Origin: a virus | Taxonomy: Duplodnaviria; Caudoviricetes | IMG/VR virus record: IMGVR_UViG_3300005077_000014 | Span: 21,375 to 85,374 of that record | Direction: 5' to 3' (one strand) | DNA: 64,000 bases | Shown here: one piece after another, positions 10,081-20,250 of the stretch | Layout: each line of letters starts with the position of its first letter | Numbering within the stretch: position 1 is the stretch's first letter | Translations under genes and position numbers: made by a program | The notes under the pieces: generated by a model | Told to the model about the DNA's origin: nothing | What the model saw: the letters and a program-made list of their open reading frames with translations, nothing else | Database searches by the model: none

Positions 10081-10845
10081 ATGGGAAGTTCTTTAGTTTT
10101 ACCAAGCAGTAACGGAGGCGGCGGAGTTTCTGCCGGGGCTTTCGCAAGCAGACCGGCAGCAGGGAACGCCGGTAGTCTGTTTCTTCCTACGAACGGCCCA
10201 ACTCCTGCATACGATACCGGAGCAGCATGGAAAGCGAATTTGTGGGGTTTTGAATGTACGAAACCTCCGGTGTTGAGTGAACTTACTCAGCATGGTGGTG
10301 GGGCAGAAACTACTCTAGCAGGCTACGGCGATGGAATCTCGTTTAAAGAGATGGGTATAGCTTCCACGGGCTTTGTAAACACTGCGATAGTCAAAGCACT
10401 CCCAGCAGGAAACTACACTGTGGAAATTGGTGTAGAAGTTGCTTTCCTTATCCCCCTTAACTATCAACAGATTGGAATTTGCCTCACTGATGGAACCAAA
10501 TTCGTAACCTTCATAATACAGTCCCAGACTACAGATAGAGGAGTAAACGTAGGATCTGCCAAGTGGAACACTATCGCATCCTATAGTGCTGGTTATACGA
10601 TCACCCAATCTGAGATATTTCTGAGTAGGTTTGCGTTTTTCAAGATTTATTTTGACGGAGAAACGCTGCACTTCTCATATTCAAGAGACGGTGTTTTGTG
10701 GCAGGAATATCAGACTACTTCGGTGACTGATTTCATTAATCCGGCACCTACGCACTACGGTTTTTGGTTCAGTCAGAGCGCAACTGCTATTGCTACCACG
10801 AGAATTGTAGTAGCAGGAAACGTCCTGCATTGGAAGGAGTCGTAA
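10081..10845 (+). CDS. putative receptor-binding beta-sandwich protein, paralog 1
   Basis: Shares ASRP.A...G.LFLP.NG..PAYD and YS.DG..W with the next ORF. Confidence 0.55.
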   Translation: MGSSLVLPSSNGGGGVSAGAFASRPAAGNAGSLFLPTNGPTPAYDTGAAWKANLWGFECTKPPVLSELTQHGGGAETTLAGYGDGISFKEMGIASTGFVNTAIVKALPAGNYTVEIGVEVAFLIPLNYQQIGICLTDGTKFVTFIIQSQTTDRGVNVGSAKWNTIASYSAGYTITQSEIFLSRFAFFKIYFDGETLHFSYSRDGVLWQEYQTTSVTDFINPAPTHYGFWFSQSATAIATTRIVVAGNVLHWKES

Positions 10846-11628
10846 ATGGGTAGCTCCTTTTTAATTCCAGGCGGCAGCGGCAGCGAAGAGTCTTCTGTTT
10901 TGTCGGATCTTCAGGCAAGCAGACCAGAGGCATCTAACTCAGGAAAGTTGTTTCTACCTCAAAATGGATATCTACCAGCTTACGATGGCGGGGCATGGAA
11001 TCCTTTGTTACCGGGATTTCAGTGTAGCAAACCAGGAGCAGCGGCGACGTTCAGTAAACTTAATGGCGGGGCTTCATCGACTCTCGTAGATCACGGTGAT
11101 GGTCTGTTGATGTCTGAGGGTGGTTATAATTCTACATCTGAGAGGGCCTGCATCTGGATAAAAGCTCTTCCGCAGACCAGCAACTACATCTGGACAGTAG
11201 GTTTTATAATAGATCACATCTTGCCCTTGTCTACTCAAAGGTTGGGGTTGACCCTCAATTATGGTTCGGGTCCGGGTCGTAATATATCGTTCATGTTGAT
11301 CTCCACCTCTGGCGACAGAGCCTTAGATCTCGTTTGCTATCGATACAACGATTCATTCTCTTACCACAGCGCATACACCATAAATCAGGCGGGAATCATA
11401 CTGTCCCCGGAACATTTACTTTTCTTGAGGATCACTGATAACGGCACCAATAGAATATATTCCTACTCACTCGATGGTATCGTTTGGATAGATGCTGTGA
11501 CGGTATCTAGGACAGACTGGACTGAGCCAGCGTATTTCGGACTCAGAACCGCTCAAGGTGGAACAGCGATAAACACAACAAGAATGGCTGTTCGCGCCAA
11601 GGTCATTCATTGGGGTTTTGAGGTTTAA
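10846..11628 (+). CDS. putative receptor-binding beta-sandwich protein, paralog 2
   Basis: Tandem paralog of 10081-10845. Confidence 0.55.
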   Translation: MGSSFLIPGGSGSEESSVLSDLQASRPEASNSGKLFLPQNGYLPAYDGGAWNPLLPGFQCSKPGAAATFSKLNGGASSTLVDHGDGLLMSEGGYNSTSERACIWIKALPQTSNYIWTVGFIIDHILPLSTQRLGLTLNYGSGPGRNISFMLISTSGDRALDLVCYRYNDSFSYHSAYTINQAGIILSPEHLLFLRITDNGTNRIYSYSLDGIVWIDAVTVSRTDWTEPAYFGLRTAQGGTAINTTRMAVRAKVIHWGFEV

Positions 11629-11749
11629 TGGAGTTTCTATGCAATGGTTACCGGACACACACTCACTTGTAAAGGATCTCGGGTGGCCTCTTGCGGGAGA
11701 GCAATTGCTAATTTAGACCATCAAAATTCATTAAAAAGGACCAATTAAT

Positions 11750-12121
11750 ATGGCCGGTCCATATCCAATTGACCCAAATGCGTCTCCGAACGATTCTTCT
11801 TTAGTCTCTCAGTTGTTGACTGAAGTCCGGGTGCTTGCGACTCGGGTTGAGATTGTTTTGGAGAATCAGGCTAAGTTTGAAAAAGCGCTGAATGCTTTTG
11901 ATTGTTTCTGCCGTGACACCAGGATAAAGCACGAGGACAGAATTACGGCAGTGGAGACATGGAAGGCCACAAAGAATGGCGTTGAAGCTGAGCGGCAAAG
12001 GCAAAGCGAAACAGAGGCCATCAATAAACCACAGTGGCATCAGGCCGCTGGCATCTATTTGGCGATACCCATTGGCATAATTTCGTTGATTATCGCACTT
12101 ATTTCCTATTTTAAGGGCTGA
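11750..12121 (+). CDS. coiled-coil protein with C-terminal TM helix (lysis-cassette, XhlA-like)
   Basis: Coiled-coil N-part, hydrophobic C-terminus IYLAIPIGIISLIIALISYF. Confidence 0.5.
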   Translation: MAGPYPIDPNASPNDSSLVSQLLTEVRVLATRVEIVLENQAKFEKALNAFDCFCRDTRIKHEDRITAVETWKATKNGVEAERQRQSETEAINKPQWHQAAGIYLAIPIGIISLIIALISYFKG

Positions 12122-12134
12122 AAGGAATAATCCT

Positions 12135-12464
12135 ATGGCTTGGGATTCTGGCGAGAAGAAAATGACGGGCCGGTTGATTAAGGCCTCTGTTGTGGGCTGC
12201 ATTGTTATTGTGGCGTTGACGTTCATTAGCACACTTGCTTTCCCTGAGATTGACAATCTTGCAGCGCTCAGAAAGTTGTGTGTGGGCTCAATTATGGCGC
12301 TCGCTGGCGTCATTATTCTTGGGTGGGCCGTCAACTTCTTTGAATATATTACAGAGAAGAATTGGTTTCAAATCATCGAGGAGAAAGCGCCTTATGGCCC
12401 GGTCATCATTTACGGCATCATTTTGTATATCATTGGCAATCTGCTGTCTGGTCGGCTGTTTTAG
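12135..12464 (+). CDS. putative holin
   Basis: 109 aa, three hydrophobic segments, precedes a cell-wall hydrolase candidate. Confidence 0.5.
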   Translation: MAWDSGEKKMTGRLIKASVVGCIVIVALTFISTLAFPEIDNLAALRKLCVGSIMALAGVIILGWAVNFFEYITEKNWFQIIEEKAPYGPVIIYGIILYIIGNLLSGRLF

Positions 12465-13014
12465 TGGGCTTGTTCCGGTCAACACTGCTTTAGCTTTGCA
12501 CCCACAATATGAAGCCGCGTTACACACAGCACTGCTCGACATTTATTATGCGCACCCTGCATACATTAGCCCTTTACGAGTTAATAAAGATGGCACTGTT
12601 GGCGCAATGGTTGACGATGACGATGAGGTTGATTGCTCATTGTTGTTTGACCGGGCCGCTGAACAGGGTGGCATTCCAAAAAAGAAATTGCAGCGACGCT
12701 CCACGGCTTCTGGAATTTATAAGGGCGAAAACGATTGGCAAAGTAAAGCGATTGCCGACTATGGCAAAGACAATCGCAAATGCGACCTGATTTTTCAGCA
12801 CATCCCGACAAGCAAGGGTGGACTAAAGAAAAAAGTAGATGCGAAAGACCCGTATGGCGTGAATCACATCCTCGGTGTGGTCGAATGGAAAGGTGCTTTT
12901 GCCATTATCCATGCAAGTTCAAGCGCTCGAAGCGTTGTCATTATTCCGTTCCAAGAGTGGATTGCAAAATACATGGTGCCAAACGGATATCGACGGCTGA
13001 TTTATGGGGATTAA
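12394..13014 (+). CDS. NlpC/P60-like papain-fold peptidase, probable endolysin with signal peptide/lipobox
   Basis: DCS nucleophile motif and downstream NHI; start re-called to ATG 12394 (GAGGAG RBS) giving MARSSFTASFCISLAICCLVGC. Confidence 0.55.
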   Translation: MARSSFTASFCISLAICCLVGCFSGLVPVNTALALHPQYEAALHTALLDIYYAHPAYISPLRVNKDGTVGAMVDDDDEVDCSLLFDRAAEQGGIPKKKLQRRSTASGIYKGENDWQSKAIADYGKDNRKCDLIFQHIPTSKGGLKKKVDAKDPYGVNHILGVVEWKGAFAIIHASSSARSVVIIPFQEWIAKYMVPNGYRRLIYGD

Positions 13015-13040
13015 AGGCAACATGTTTTTTACGGCCACCC

Positions 13041-13069
13041 TTGAAAAATAGACAATCGCAAAATAAAGT
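13041..13069 (+). promoter_or_regulatory. sigma70-like promoter for the glycosyltransferase cluster
   Basis: TTGAAA-17 nt-TAAAGT just upstream of ATG 13084. Confidence 0.5.
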
Positions 13070-13083
13070 ATCACTTACACATC

Positions 13084-13992
13084 ATGAAACAACTCAACAT
13101 ACTTGTCCAGGCACATCTGAATTATTCCTATATGGACGCCACAATAGTCCAGGGATTGCGTAATCTCGGGCATTTCGTTTGTGGCGTTAACGATAATCAG
13201 GCAAATTATTTGATGCCATACGAAGATAGGCAGTGGCATTTGTTCATTCAGTGTCTTTGTGGGGCTGGTCCATTACGAGACTCACGCTTCCCAAACGTTC
13301 CATCCATTATGGTCTATGGGCTTGATAATCACGACAAGTTTTTTGCTGAATTGAGCCGTGGATTCGACCATATATTTCTGAGAGATTATCTCGGAGATTA
13401 TGGCGATTATCACAACACCGTGCATCCCATGAATTTCGCCATTGAAGACAGGTATTACGCTCAAGCAGGGTTGAACAGCAAGCAACTTAAGCCATTGAAA
13501 GACAGGCCGATAGACATTTCGTTTCTTGGGAATCTGTATCCAAACAGAAAAAGAATTCTCGATAGGCTTGAGTCTGATTTCAAAAACAAAACGCTTGTCT
13601 TCGGTGGCCGACTGTTCAATGAGCCAGATGCCGTTTGGTCAAAACATACTCTGCCTTATTGCGCACATGATCCTAGATATTTCGATGTATTGGCGAACTC
13701 AAAAATATGCTTGTCTCTCGTGGGGGCTGGCCCAGATTGTGCGCGCCATTGGGAAGTCATGGCGTCTGGTGGAATACCGTTGATTGAATTAATGCCGACA
13801 AGAATGGTCGAGCCTACGCCGATGACAATGTGGTTTGATGATTATGAAGAGTTGAAAGAGAATATCCAGACGTTGTTAATCAAACCAGGTGCATGTCAAC
13901 CCTTCGTCATTGAATCTTTCGTCTTCAACAAAACAAATCACTCAACTGCTGCGCGAGCTCAATACGTGCTGGATACAATAGGGCTTGGATAG
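13084..13992 (+). CDS. glycosyltransferase, GT-B fold (CgeB/YkvP-like)
   Basis: DISFLGN.Y..R, YFDVLANSKICLS..GAG.DC.RHWEVMASG motifs. Confidence 0.75.
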   Translation: MKQLNILVQAHLNYSYMDATIVQGLRNLGHFVCGVNDNQANYLMPYEDRQWHLFIQCLCGAGPLRDSRFPNVPSIMVYGLDNHDKFFAELSRGFDHIFLRDYLGDYGDYHNTVHPMNFAIEDRYYAQAGLNSKQLKPLKDRPIDISFLGNLYPNRKRILDRLESDFKNKTLVFGGRLFNEPDAVWSKHTLPYCAHDPRYFDVLANSKICLSLVGAGPDCARHWEVMASGGIPLIELMPTRMVEPTPMTMWFDDYEELKENIQTLLIKPGACQPFVIESFVFNKTNHSTAARAQYVLDTIGLG

Positions 13993-15292
13993 AGAACAAC
14001 CCGAGATAGACTCTATGAAAATAGCAATCCTGACAAACTTTCGTTCATTCAACGACGCTTACAGCCTGACTCATGTAGTGCGTAATCAAGTCATTGCCAT
14101 GTTGCGCTATGGTCATGACGTGACGTTGTTTGTGAGAGAGGATTGTGACACGTCCTGGAGTTTGGAAGCGCCGTATGCACAAGCTCTTGAAGACTCGTTT
14201 GTGATTCGTAATGTTATACCCAAGTTCGACCCCAAGCCTTATGTGACGCAGACCGACTTGTCAGAAGAGCATCAAAAATTTGCTGAGTCCTTGTCAGAAT
14301 TGCTTTTGGCAACGCTCTCTGAATTTGATGTGATATTCACCCATGATTGGATTCTCACGAGTCCAAACATGCCACTAGCTGAAGCGCTAAGGCTTTACTC
14401 ACAAGACGCTATTAGACGCCCTTGTCTCCACTGGATACACTCTATCCCGGTCATACCGTTTGACTGGTGGGACATTAAGCGTTATGGCCCGAACCATAAA
14501 GTCATCTATCCGAATAGGACAGACAGAGACAAAGTGTCTGTGCTTTTTGGTGGAGATAACAGCGATGTCCGGGTAATTCCCCACATTATCGACTTGCGAA
14601 CACATTTTGATTTCTTGCCTGAAACATGGGCGATTGTCGATTCACTGCCAGCGTTGAATACAGCATCATTCGTTCAAATCTATCCCGCCGCGGCTGAAAG
14701 ACTATCTGACAAAGGCGTCAAGCAGCTTCTTTACACGTTCAAATCAATCAAAAAGAAGGGCTTCTCTGTATGTTGCTTAATTGTGGATTCTTGGGCTGGT
14801 TGGGGCTCCCGCGAGGATTCGGACCAATATATGAGAATTGCGGAACGCAATGGACTGAGCGAGCAAGAGTTTTCATTCATGAGCCGTATAGCTCCACTCT
14901 TCACGAATGCCACCCCCCGTAGGGTTGTGAGAGAGTTGATGCAGTATTCGTCTCTGTTCGCTTACCCGACACAGGGAGAAGCTTTTGGCTTGACCTTTCC
15001 CGAAGCGAGTCTGGCTGGAAATGCTCTCCCTGTGTTGAATCGTTCCCTTCCAATGATGGCTGAGATTGCTGGCAACAATGGGCTTGCATGTAACTTTGGC
15101 TCTGGCGAAAGGCCACTCAAACCAGCAAATGAACGTGAGCACTATAGCCTGATTGCTCGAATGATTGTGAGTAGAGCTCGCGAAGACACCACTTGGCAAG
15201 TGAGAAATCACATCAGGCAAAATTACAATATGGATACGATTTATCGAGAACACTATGAGCCAGTGCTGAGTGAAAGTAGGTTGTGGAAGTGA
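13985..15292 (+). CDS. glycosyltransferase, GT4-like
   Basis: DVIFTHD, KGVKQLL, FAYPTQGEAFGLTFPEASLAG (EX7E) motifs. Confidence 0.8.
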   Translation: MDREQPEIDSMKIAILTNFRSFNDAYSLTHVVRNQVIAMLRYGHDVTLFVREDCDTSWSLEAPYAQALEDSFVIRNVIPKFDPKPYVTQTDLSEEHQKFAESLSELLLATLSEFDVIFTHDWILTSPNMPLAEALRLYSQDAIRRPCLHWIHSIPVIPFDWWDIKRYGPNHKVIYPNRTDRDKVSVLFGGDNSDVRVIPHIIDLRTHFDFLPETWAIVDSLPALNTASFVQIYPAAAERLSDKGVKQLLYTFKSIKKKGFSVCCLIVDSWAGWGSREDSDQYMRIAERNGLSEQEFSFMSRIAPLFTNATPRRVVRELMQYSSLFAYPTQGEAFGLTFPEASLAGNALPVLNRSLPMMAEIAGNNGLACNFGSGERPLKPANEREHYSLIARMIVSRAREDTTWQVRNHIRQNYNMDTIYREHYEPVLSESRLWK

Positions 15293-15331
15293 AGCAATAA
15301 GGTTGTGAAAGTGAAGGAATAAGGCATCAAT

Positions 15332-16045
15332 ATGGACCCAAAATCAATTCCCGTCATAATCAACTCCAGGGACAGGGCAGCGTCTCTCTGTGAACTTGTC
15401 ACTTGGCTATACGAGCGAGACTATCGCAACCTCATTATCCTGGACAACGCCTCCACATATCCGCCCTTGCTCGAATACTATGAGCAATTGGAAGGAATAG
15501 CGGAAGTCGTTTATTTGCGCAAGAATCTTGGGTCAAAAGCCCTTTGGTGTTGGTCTGAATCAGGAAACATGATTCATGCTCCATTTGTCTATACGGACCC
15601 TGATGTTGTGCCGTCTGCCGAATGTCCGGACAATGTTGTTGAGTTTCTTTTGGGGGTGGCTGACTATCTGGGATGTCCGCATAAAATTGGCCTCGGGTTG
15701 AAAATTGACGATATTCCTGACCACTATGCCGCTGCTCCAATGGTCCGTGAGTGGGAGTCTCAATTCTGGAATCGACCAATTGGAAAGCTTGATGGGGTGC
15801 CAATTTACAGCGCAGCAGTTGACACTACGTTTGCGCTTTATACGTCTTTTTCTCACTTTTCGCTTCATGGGGTCCGGACAGGTGCGCCGTATGTGGCAAG
15901 GCATATGCCCTGGTATGTTCAAAGCGAATTTCCGAGTGAAGAAGATATCTATTACGAGCAACACGCGTCAAAAGCGTTTCACAATTGGGGGCTAAAATCA
16001 TGCTCAAGTCAAGCCGTGCGCAACAAGTGCAAAGATTTAGTATGA
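15332..16045 (+). CDS. glycosyltransferase family 2-like protein
   Basis: IPVIINSRDR, IILDNASTYP, VYTDPD (DXD) motifs. Confidence 0.75.
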   Translation: MDPKSIPVIINSRDRAASLCELVTWLYERDYRNLIILDNASTYPPLLEYYEQLEGIAEVVYLRKNLGSKALWCWSESGNMIHAPFVYTDPDVVPSAECPDNVVEFLLGVADYLGCPHKIGLGLKIDDIPDHYAAAPMVREWESQFWNRPIGKLDGVPIYSAAVDTTFALYTSFSHFSLHGVRTGAPYVARHMPWYVQSEFPSEEDIYYEQHASKAFHNWGLKSCSSQAVRNKCKDLV

Positions 16046-17352
16046 GCGAGAGAGATTGGTTAGCCTTGCCACATGCTGTTGACATGGCGTGTTATGCTTT
16101 TTTTTACCAAGATATTATCCACCATCGCCTTGAGGTGAACAGGGCTCGCAACACTCAAACCCTTGTTGTTGAGGCTGGCGTTCGATATGGCTGTTCCGCT
16201 CGCATCTTTATGGACACGTTGAAGAATTATCAAAATTGGCGTCTCCACTTGATTGACCCGTTCCCGAAGAATGAAGCGCTGGTGCTCACAAAGAAAGACC
16301 AGCACGTTAAATTCCATCAAGCAAAGGCTGAAGTTGCAGCAAAGAAGTTCGAGAATTGTTCAATTGACATCCTCCATATTGATGGTGATTGCGATGGCAC
16401 GCACCCATACGAGTTAACGTTCCTTGTGCTCCTGGCGTTTTGGAGCAAACTGAAGGCTGATGCTCAAGTGATTTTTCACGACGCGACAGAAGCGTTTCCG
16501 GGCGTTTTGAGAGTCATCCAAGACATGGCTCTGTCTGGCTTGTGGAAAGTGGATTATGCGACACCACAGGCGGCATGTCCGATAAGCGCCCCAGCAGTTG
16601 CAAGTCGGGTCAACATGGTCGTTGAACACGACGGCATGGATTCTGGAATGTCTGTGGTCATCCCGGTCATCAAAGACAAATGGCTCGGGCAATTGCTTGA
16701 AAAAATCCAAATGAACATCACTAAGCCAACTGAAATTATTGTGATCGATAATAGCGAGACAGATGTTTGCAAGCCCATTTGTGAACGATTCAGCGATGCC
16801 TTGAATATTCGCTATTTGCCGCAAAAGAAAAACTTAGGTGTCAACGCTTCATGGAACTTGGGCATCAAACTCGCTCAAAACGAATTCGTCTCGGTGTTAA
16901 ACGACGACATCATTATCCATGATGAATTTTTCGAGATGATTCTACAGACATTCGAGGCATTTCCTTCATGCGGGCTTGTGGTCCCGAACACGATATTGAA
17001 TCCAAAACTTGTGCAGCCTCCAACAGATGCGCCAAAAGTATCGTTTCTGCCAATGCGAGAAGGGTGGGCGTTCACAATCAGGAGAAGCTTGGTTGTTGAC
17101 TCTCCAATTCCTGAAGAATTCTTCACATTCTGTGGAGACGACTGGCTTTATCACAAGGTCATCGAGAAGGGATTCTGGCCGTTTAAAATCACAAACAACA
17201 ACATATTCCATCATGTCGGCATAAGCCAGAATCTTGACGAACGGGCAAGGTTGAAACTTCCACCATTTATTCAAGAACGAACAGCGTGGCTCGCCATGCA
17301 AGGGAAAGATGCACAAGGAAGGCCGTTAAAAAAAGCGGCAAGGTCAAATTGA
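15985..17352 (+). CDS. class I SAM methyltransferase (Methyltransf_24-like) fused to a GT2 glycosyltransferase
   Basis: N-part VEAGVRYGCS, ILHIDGD, VIFHD; C-part SVVIPV, IIVIDNS, NLGVNASWNLG, VLNDD; true start probably ATG about 16042. Confidence 0.8.
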   Translation: MGAKIMLKSSRAQQVQRFSMSERDWLALPHAVDMACYAFFYQDIIHHRLEVNRARNTQTLVVEAGVRYGCSARIFMDTLKNYQNWRLHLIDPFPKNEALVLTKKDQHVKFHQAKAEVAAKKFENCSIDILHIDGDCDGTHPYELTFLVLLAFWSKLKADAQVIFHDATEAFPGVLRVIQDMALSGLWKVDYATPQAACPISAPAVASRVNMVVEHDGMDSGMSVVIPVIKDKWLGQLLEKIQMNITKPTEIIVIDNSETDVCKPICERFSDALNIRYLPQKKNLGVNASWNLGIKLAQNEFVSVLNDDIIIHDEFFEMILQTFEAFPSCGLVVPNTILNPKLVQPPTDAPKVSFLPMREGWAFTIRRSLVVDSPIPEEFFTFCGDDWLYHKVIEKGFWPFKITNNNIFHHVGISQNLDERARLKLPPFIQERTAWLAMQGKDAQGRPLKKAARSN

Positions 17353-17371
17353 AAAAAGGTGTGGTCGTTAA

Positions 17372-17578
17372 TTGAAAGAATTCATCGTCGTAAACAATAC
17401 GCTCATGGTTCGAGAGGTGACTTTCACATCTAACGGCTTTTCGCCAACTGGTGAAAGCTTGGGTAAAAGCACTGCTGTTACCATGCGACCAGCGACCGAA
17501 GACGAAGTGAAAGAGTATCAAGAGAATAAGGCAAGCCCACAAAACTCAACGAATGAACAGGCAAAGGCTAACAACTAA
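17372..17578 (+). CDS. small hypothetical protein
   Basis: 68-aa ORF filling the gap, abuts the next start. Confidence 0.4.
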   Translation: MKEFIVVNNTLMVREVTFTSNGFSPTGESLGKSTAVTMRPATEDEVKEYQENKASPQNSTNEQAKANN

Positions 17579-18358
17579 ATGCCAGACATAATCACAGAAT
17601 TGAATGCTGAAGACTATCAGAATTTGTTGACCATGGCCCAGGGGCGCAATCCATTGTGGAACTTTCAATCGCTCCACAAGTGCGCAAATGTTGGGCTTGT
17701 GAATAGAAAAGGCACGTTTCTGACACGAGAGGGCCGACGTAAAGCACAAAGGCTATTGGATTCTGTCAACCGCTTACAAACAGGATTGCCTCTTAATTCA
17801 CGACCTATCAACAGGGCATCAGAGTTATCAACAGTCTCTTGGAAACGAGGACTGTGGGGCAATAAGCATATATGGTTCAATGGGCATGTCTTGTTCAATG
17901 GATGGGTGCCAGAGACATTTTTCTCTGTCCGGGTTGATGCCAGCGGACCAGAATACGCATGGGTTGACAGAGAGATTAAGCTTGCTATTCAAACCAAGCC
18001 GACACAACTTGCCAAACTCACACCGATTGCCGTTCAAATAGACCAAGTTGGAGGGCTTGAAGTCGTCTGTTTCAAGCTCCCCAACACTCGAAGCTTTCGC
18101 CTTCGCTGGCTAAGAATGCAGACCAAGTATTTCGACTTTATCAATGAGACATGGAAAGCCGTGACTTTCTGGTGTCATCCACACAGGCCACAAAGTCCGA
18201 TTATGGTCAAAAACTCATTCGGTAATGGCTTCAACAATAAAATTCAAGCGCTCGTTTTGCCAGTAACAGGCAATTGGCCGGTTCCCAAAATTGATGATTC
18301 TCGAATTGATACAGAGGGGTATGAAGATGTCCAAGAAAAGGAAGAAAAAGAATGGTAA
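17579..18358 (+). CDS. hypothetical protein
   Basis: 259-aa ORF overlapping the portal start. Confidence 0.55.
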   Translation: MPDIITELNAEDYQNLLTMAQGRNPLWNFQSLHKCANVGLVNRKGTFLTREGRRKAQRLLDSVNRLQTGLPLNSRPINRASELSTVSWKRGLWGNKHIWFNGHVLFNGWVPETFFSVRVDASGPEYAWVDREIKLAIQTKPTQLAKLTPIAVQIDQVGGLEVVCFKLPNTRSFRLRWLRMQTKYFDFINETWKAVTFWCHPHRPQSPIMVKNSFGNGFNNKIQALVLPVTGNWPVPKIDDSRIDTEGYEDVQEKEEKEW

Positions 18359-20198
18359 TGCTGTGACTGTTTCCAAGGCAGTCAACAGTCAAAAAAGCGA
18401 AACGTTAACAGATATTGTTGCCGTTGAGCGTGCATATTTCTCAGCCCCTCGCCTGCGCAGCTTTGCAGTTTCGTCGTCTCAAAAAGCCGATAATGGGTTG
18501 GCAACGTCTGCGCTATTGTCTCGCCGTGGCTCTGACGAAGACGAAGACGCTTTTTCTCGCTATTATGGCCCAAACGGTCTGCTTGTTGAGCCTCCATTCC
18601 CATTTGAATGGCTTTGGAGTTTGTATCAGGAGTGCGACACGTTAAATCTGTGCTGTCATTCCATGGTGGATAATTGCGAGAATCTGATTGATTTTGTGTG
18701 GGAAGGTGAAAAGGGGGAAGATTCTGGAGACACGCAAAAAGCACAGCGCATCATGCTGCGAGACTTCTTTAGCCGGGTTAACGAAAAAGACTCATTTCTT
18801 GACTTGAGAAAAAAGATTCGTCTTGACCGGGAAGTCACAGGCAATGCTTTTGTCGAGGTGATTCGGGATAAGAATTTAGAGAAAGACGTTCAGGGTAATT
18901 GGGCGCTAAAGCCAAAACCCGAGCGCCTTTATTACATTCCATCAACGCACATGCGAGTCACTTACCTTCAAGACGCTTACCCTGTCACTGTCATGTTGCC
19001 ACGGGCCGGCAAGATGATTCCAGTAACCATTGCTCAACGTTTCAGGAAGTTCGCACGCAAGAACCCACACACGAATGAAATTATCTGGTTCAAAGAATTC
19101 GGGGATCCGCGAGTCATGGATTCCACGAACGGCGAGTATGTAGACAGTATTGAAAAAACGAATTCTCCCGCAACAGAAATCTGGTGGTTCAGAGACAATT
19201 ACGCTGGAAGCGTTTACGGCATTCCAAAGTGGCTCGCGGTCGTCTGGGATGTTTCCGCACGCTATCAGGCCAAGTGGATTAATTTTGACCATCTGGACCA
19301 GGGCGCAATCCCGCCTGGATTCTTTGCGACAGAAGGTGGCAAGCTCACCACTGCAAGCAAACAGGCCCTCGACCATATCCTTGAAGAAATCAGAGACCCG
19401 AAATATTTCAATCGATTCATTCACTTGGAAGTGACGCCTGATTTATCGTTAGACTTCAATGCAAACAGTAGCTCAACCCCAAAACTGAAATACTTCAAGC
19501 TTCGAGACCCCCAACATGAAGATTTGATGAATAAAGAATTTCTCAAGACCACAAAAGAAGACATCCGAGAGGTGTTTCGCATCCCGCCAGTGCTCGCTGG
19601 CGTCGCTGGTAATGACACCTTTGCAAGTGCCTATGTGAGCATGGAGGTAGCAGAGTCTCAGGTGTTTGAGCCGCAAAAAGAAGCCTTTGACGGCAAGGTC
19701 ACAACCGAACTGATTCAAAATGAATTCGGTATTTATCAATGGCGCATCAAGACGCGTCAATCCAAAATCGGAGACAAAGAGACTTTCTATAAGGCCGTTG
19801 GCGCTTTGACCCGTGCTGGTCTGCTCACAATCAACGATGGACGCGAGCTCGCCAACCAATTGCTCGGGACTTCACTGCCAGCGTTCGATGGCTCCGAGGT
19901 CTATAAAGAGCCAATGGGCCTTGTGAATCGGCTTGTTGATGCTGGTCTAGTGACGTTTGACGAGGGCACAGAAGCACTCCAATTCACAGAGCCGATGCTT
20001 GAGGTTGCCGCTGCAATTAAGAGTATGAAGAGTGAGAAAGGCAAAAAGAGCGAAGGTAAAGTTTCACGAGGGAATAACCGCAAAACGACCGACGCTTTAG
20101 CTCAACAACTCATCAAGGCTCTTGTGGAAATCGAGAATCAAATTGAAAAGGGCGAATACAGCCCCCCAGAAATAGACGAACAGGATTATGTGTTGTAA
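18321..20198 (+). CDS. phage portal protein
   Basis: TGNAFVEVIR, YGIPKW, N....DQGAIPPGF, DIREVFRIPPVLAG..GNDTFASA motifs; start moved to ATG 18321 (GAGGGG RBS). Confidence 0.85.
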   Translation: MKMSKKRKKKNGNAVTVSKAVNSQKSETLTDIVAVERAYFSAPRLRSFAVSSSQKADNGLATSALLSRRGSDEDEDAFSRYYGPNGLLVEPPFPFEWLWSLYQECDTLNLCCHSMVDNCENLIDFVWEGEKGEDSGDTQKAQRIMLRDFFSRVNEKDSFLDLRKKIRLDREVTGNAFVEVIRDKNLEKDVQGNWALKPKPERLYYIPSTHMRVTYLQDAYPVTVMLPRAGKMIPVTIAQRFRKFARKNPHTNEIIWFKEFGDPRVMDSTNGEYVDSIEKTNSPATEIWWFRDNYAGSVYGIPKWLAVVWDVSARYQAKWINFDHLDQGAIPPGFFATEGGKLTTASKQALDHILEEIRDPKYFNRFIHLEVTPDLSLDFNANSSSTPKLKYFKLRDPQHEDLMNKEFLKTTKEDIREVFRIPPVLAGVAGNDTFASAYVSMEVAESQVFEPQKEAFDGKVTTELIQNEFGIYQWRIKTRQSKIGDKETFYKAVGALTRAGLLTINDGRELANQLLGTSLPAFDGSEVYKEPMGLVNRLVDAGLVTFDEGTEALQFTEPMLEVAAAIKSMKSEKGKKSEGKVSRGNNRKTTDALAQQLIKALVEIENQIEKGEYSPPEIDEQDYVL

Positions 20199-20250
20199 TG
20201 CGTAAAACGCAATAGCAAAGAAACGTAATAACCAAAGAAACGTAAACGTA

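Noticed and set aside
12235-12393. 5-prime extension of the NlpC/P60 ORF given in the track
   Set aside because: Lies deep inside the holin-like gene without an RBS; ATG 12394 has GAGGAG and yields a signal peptide
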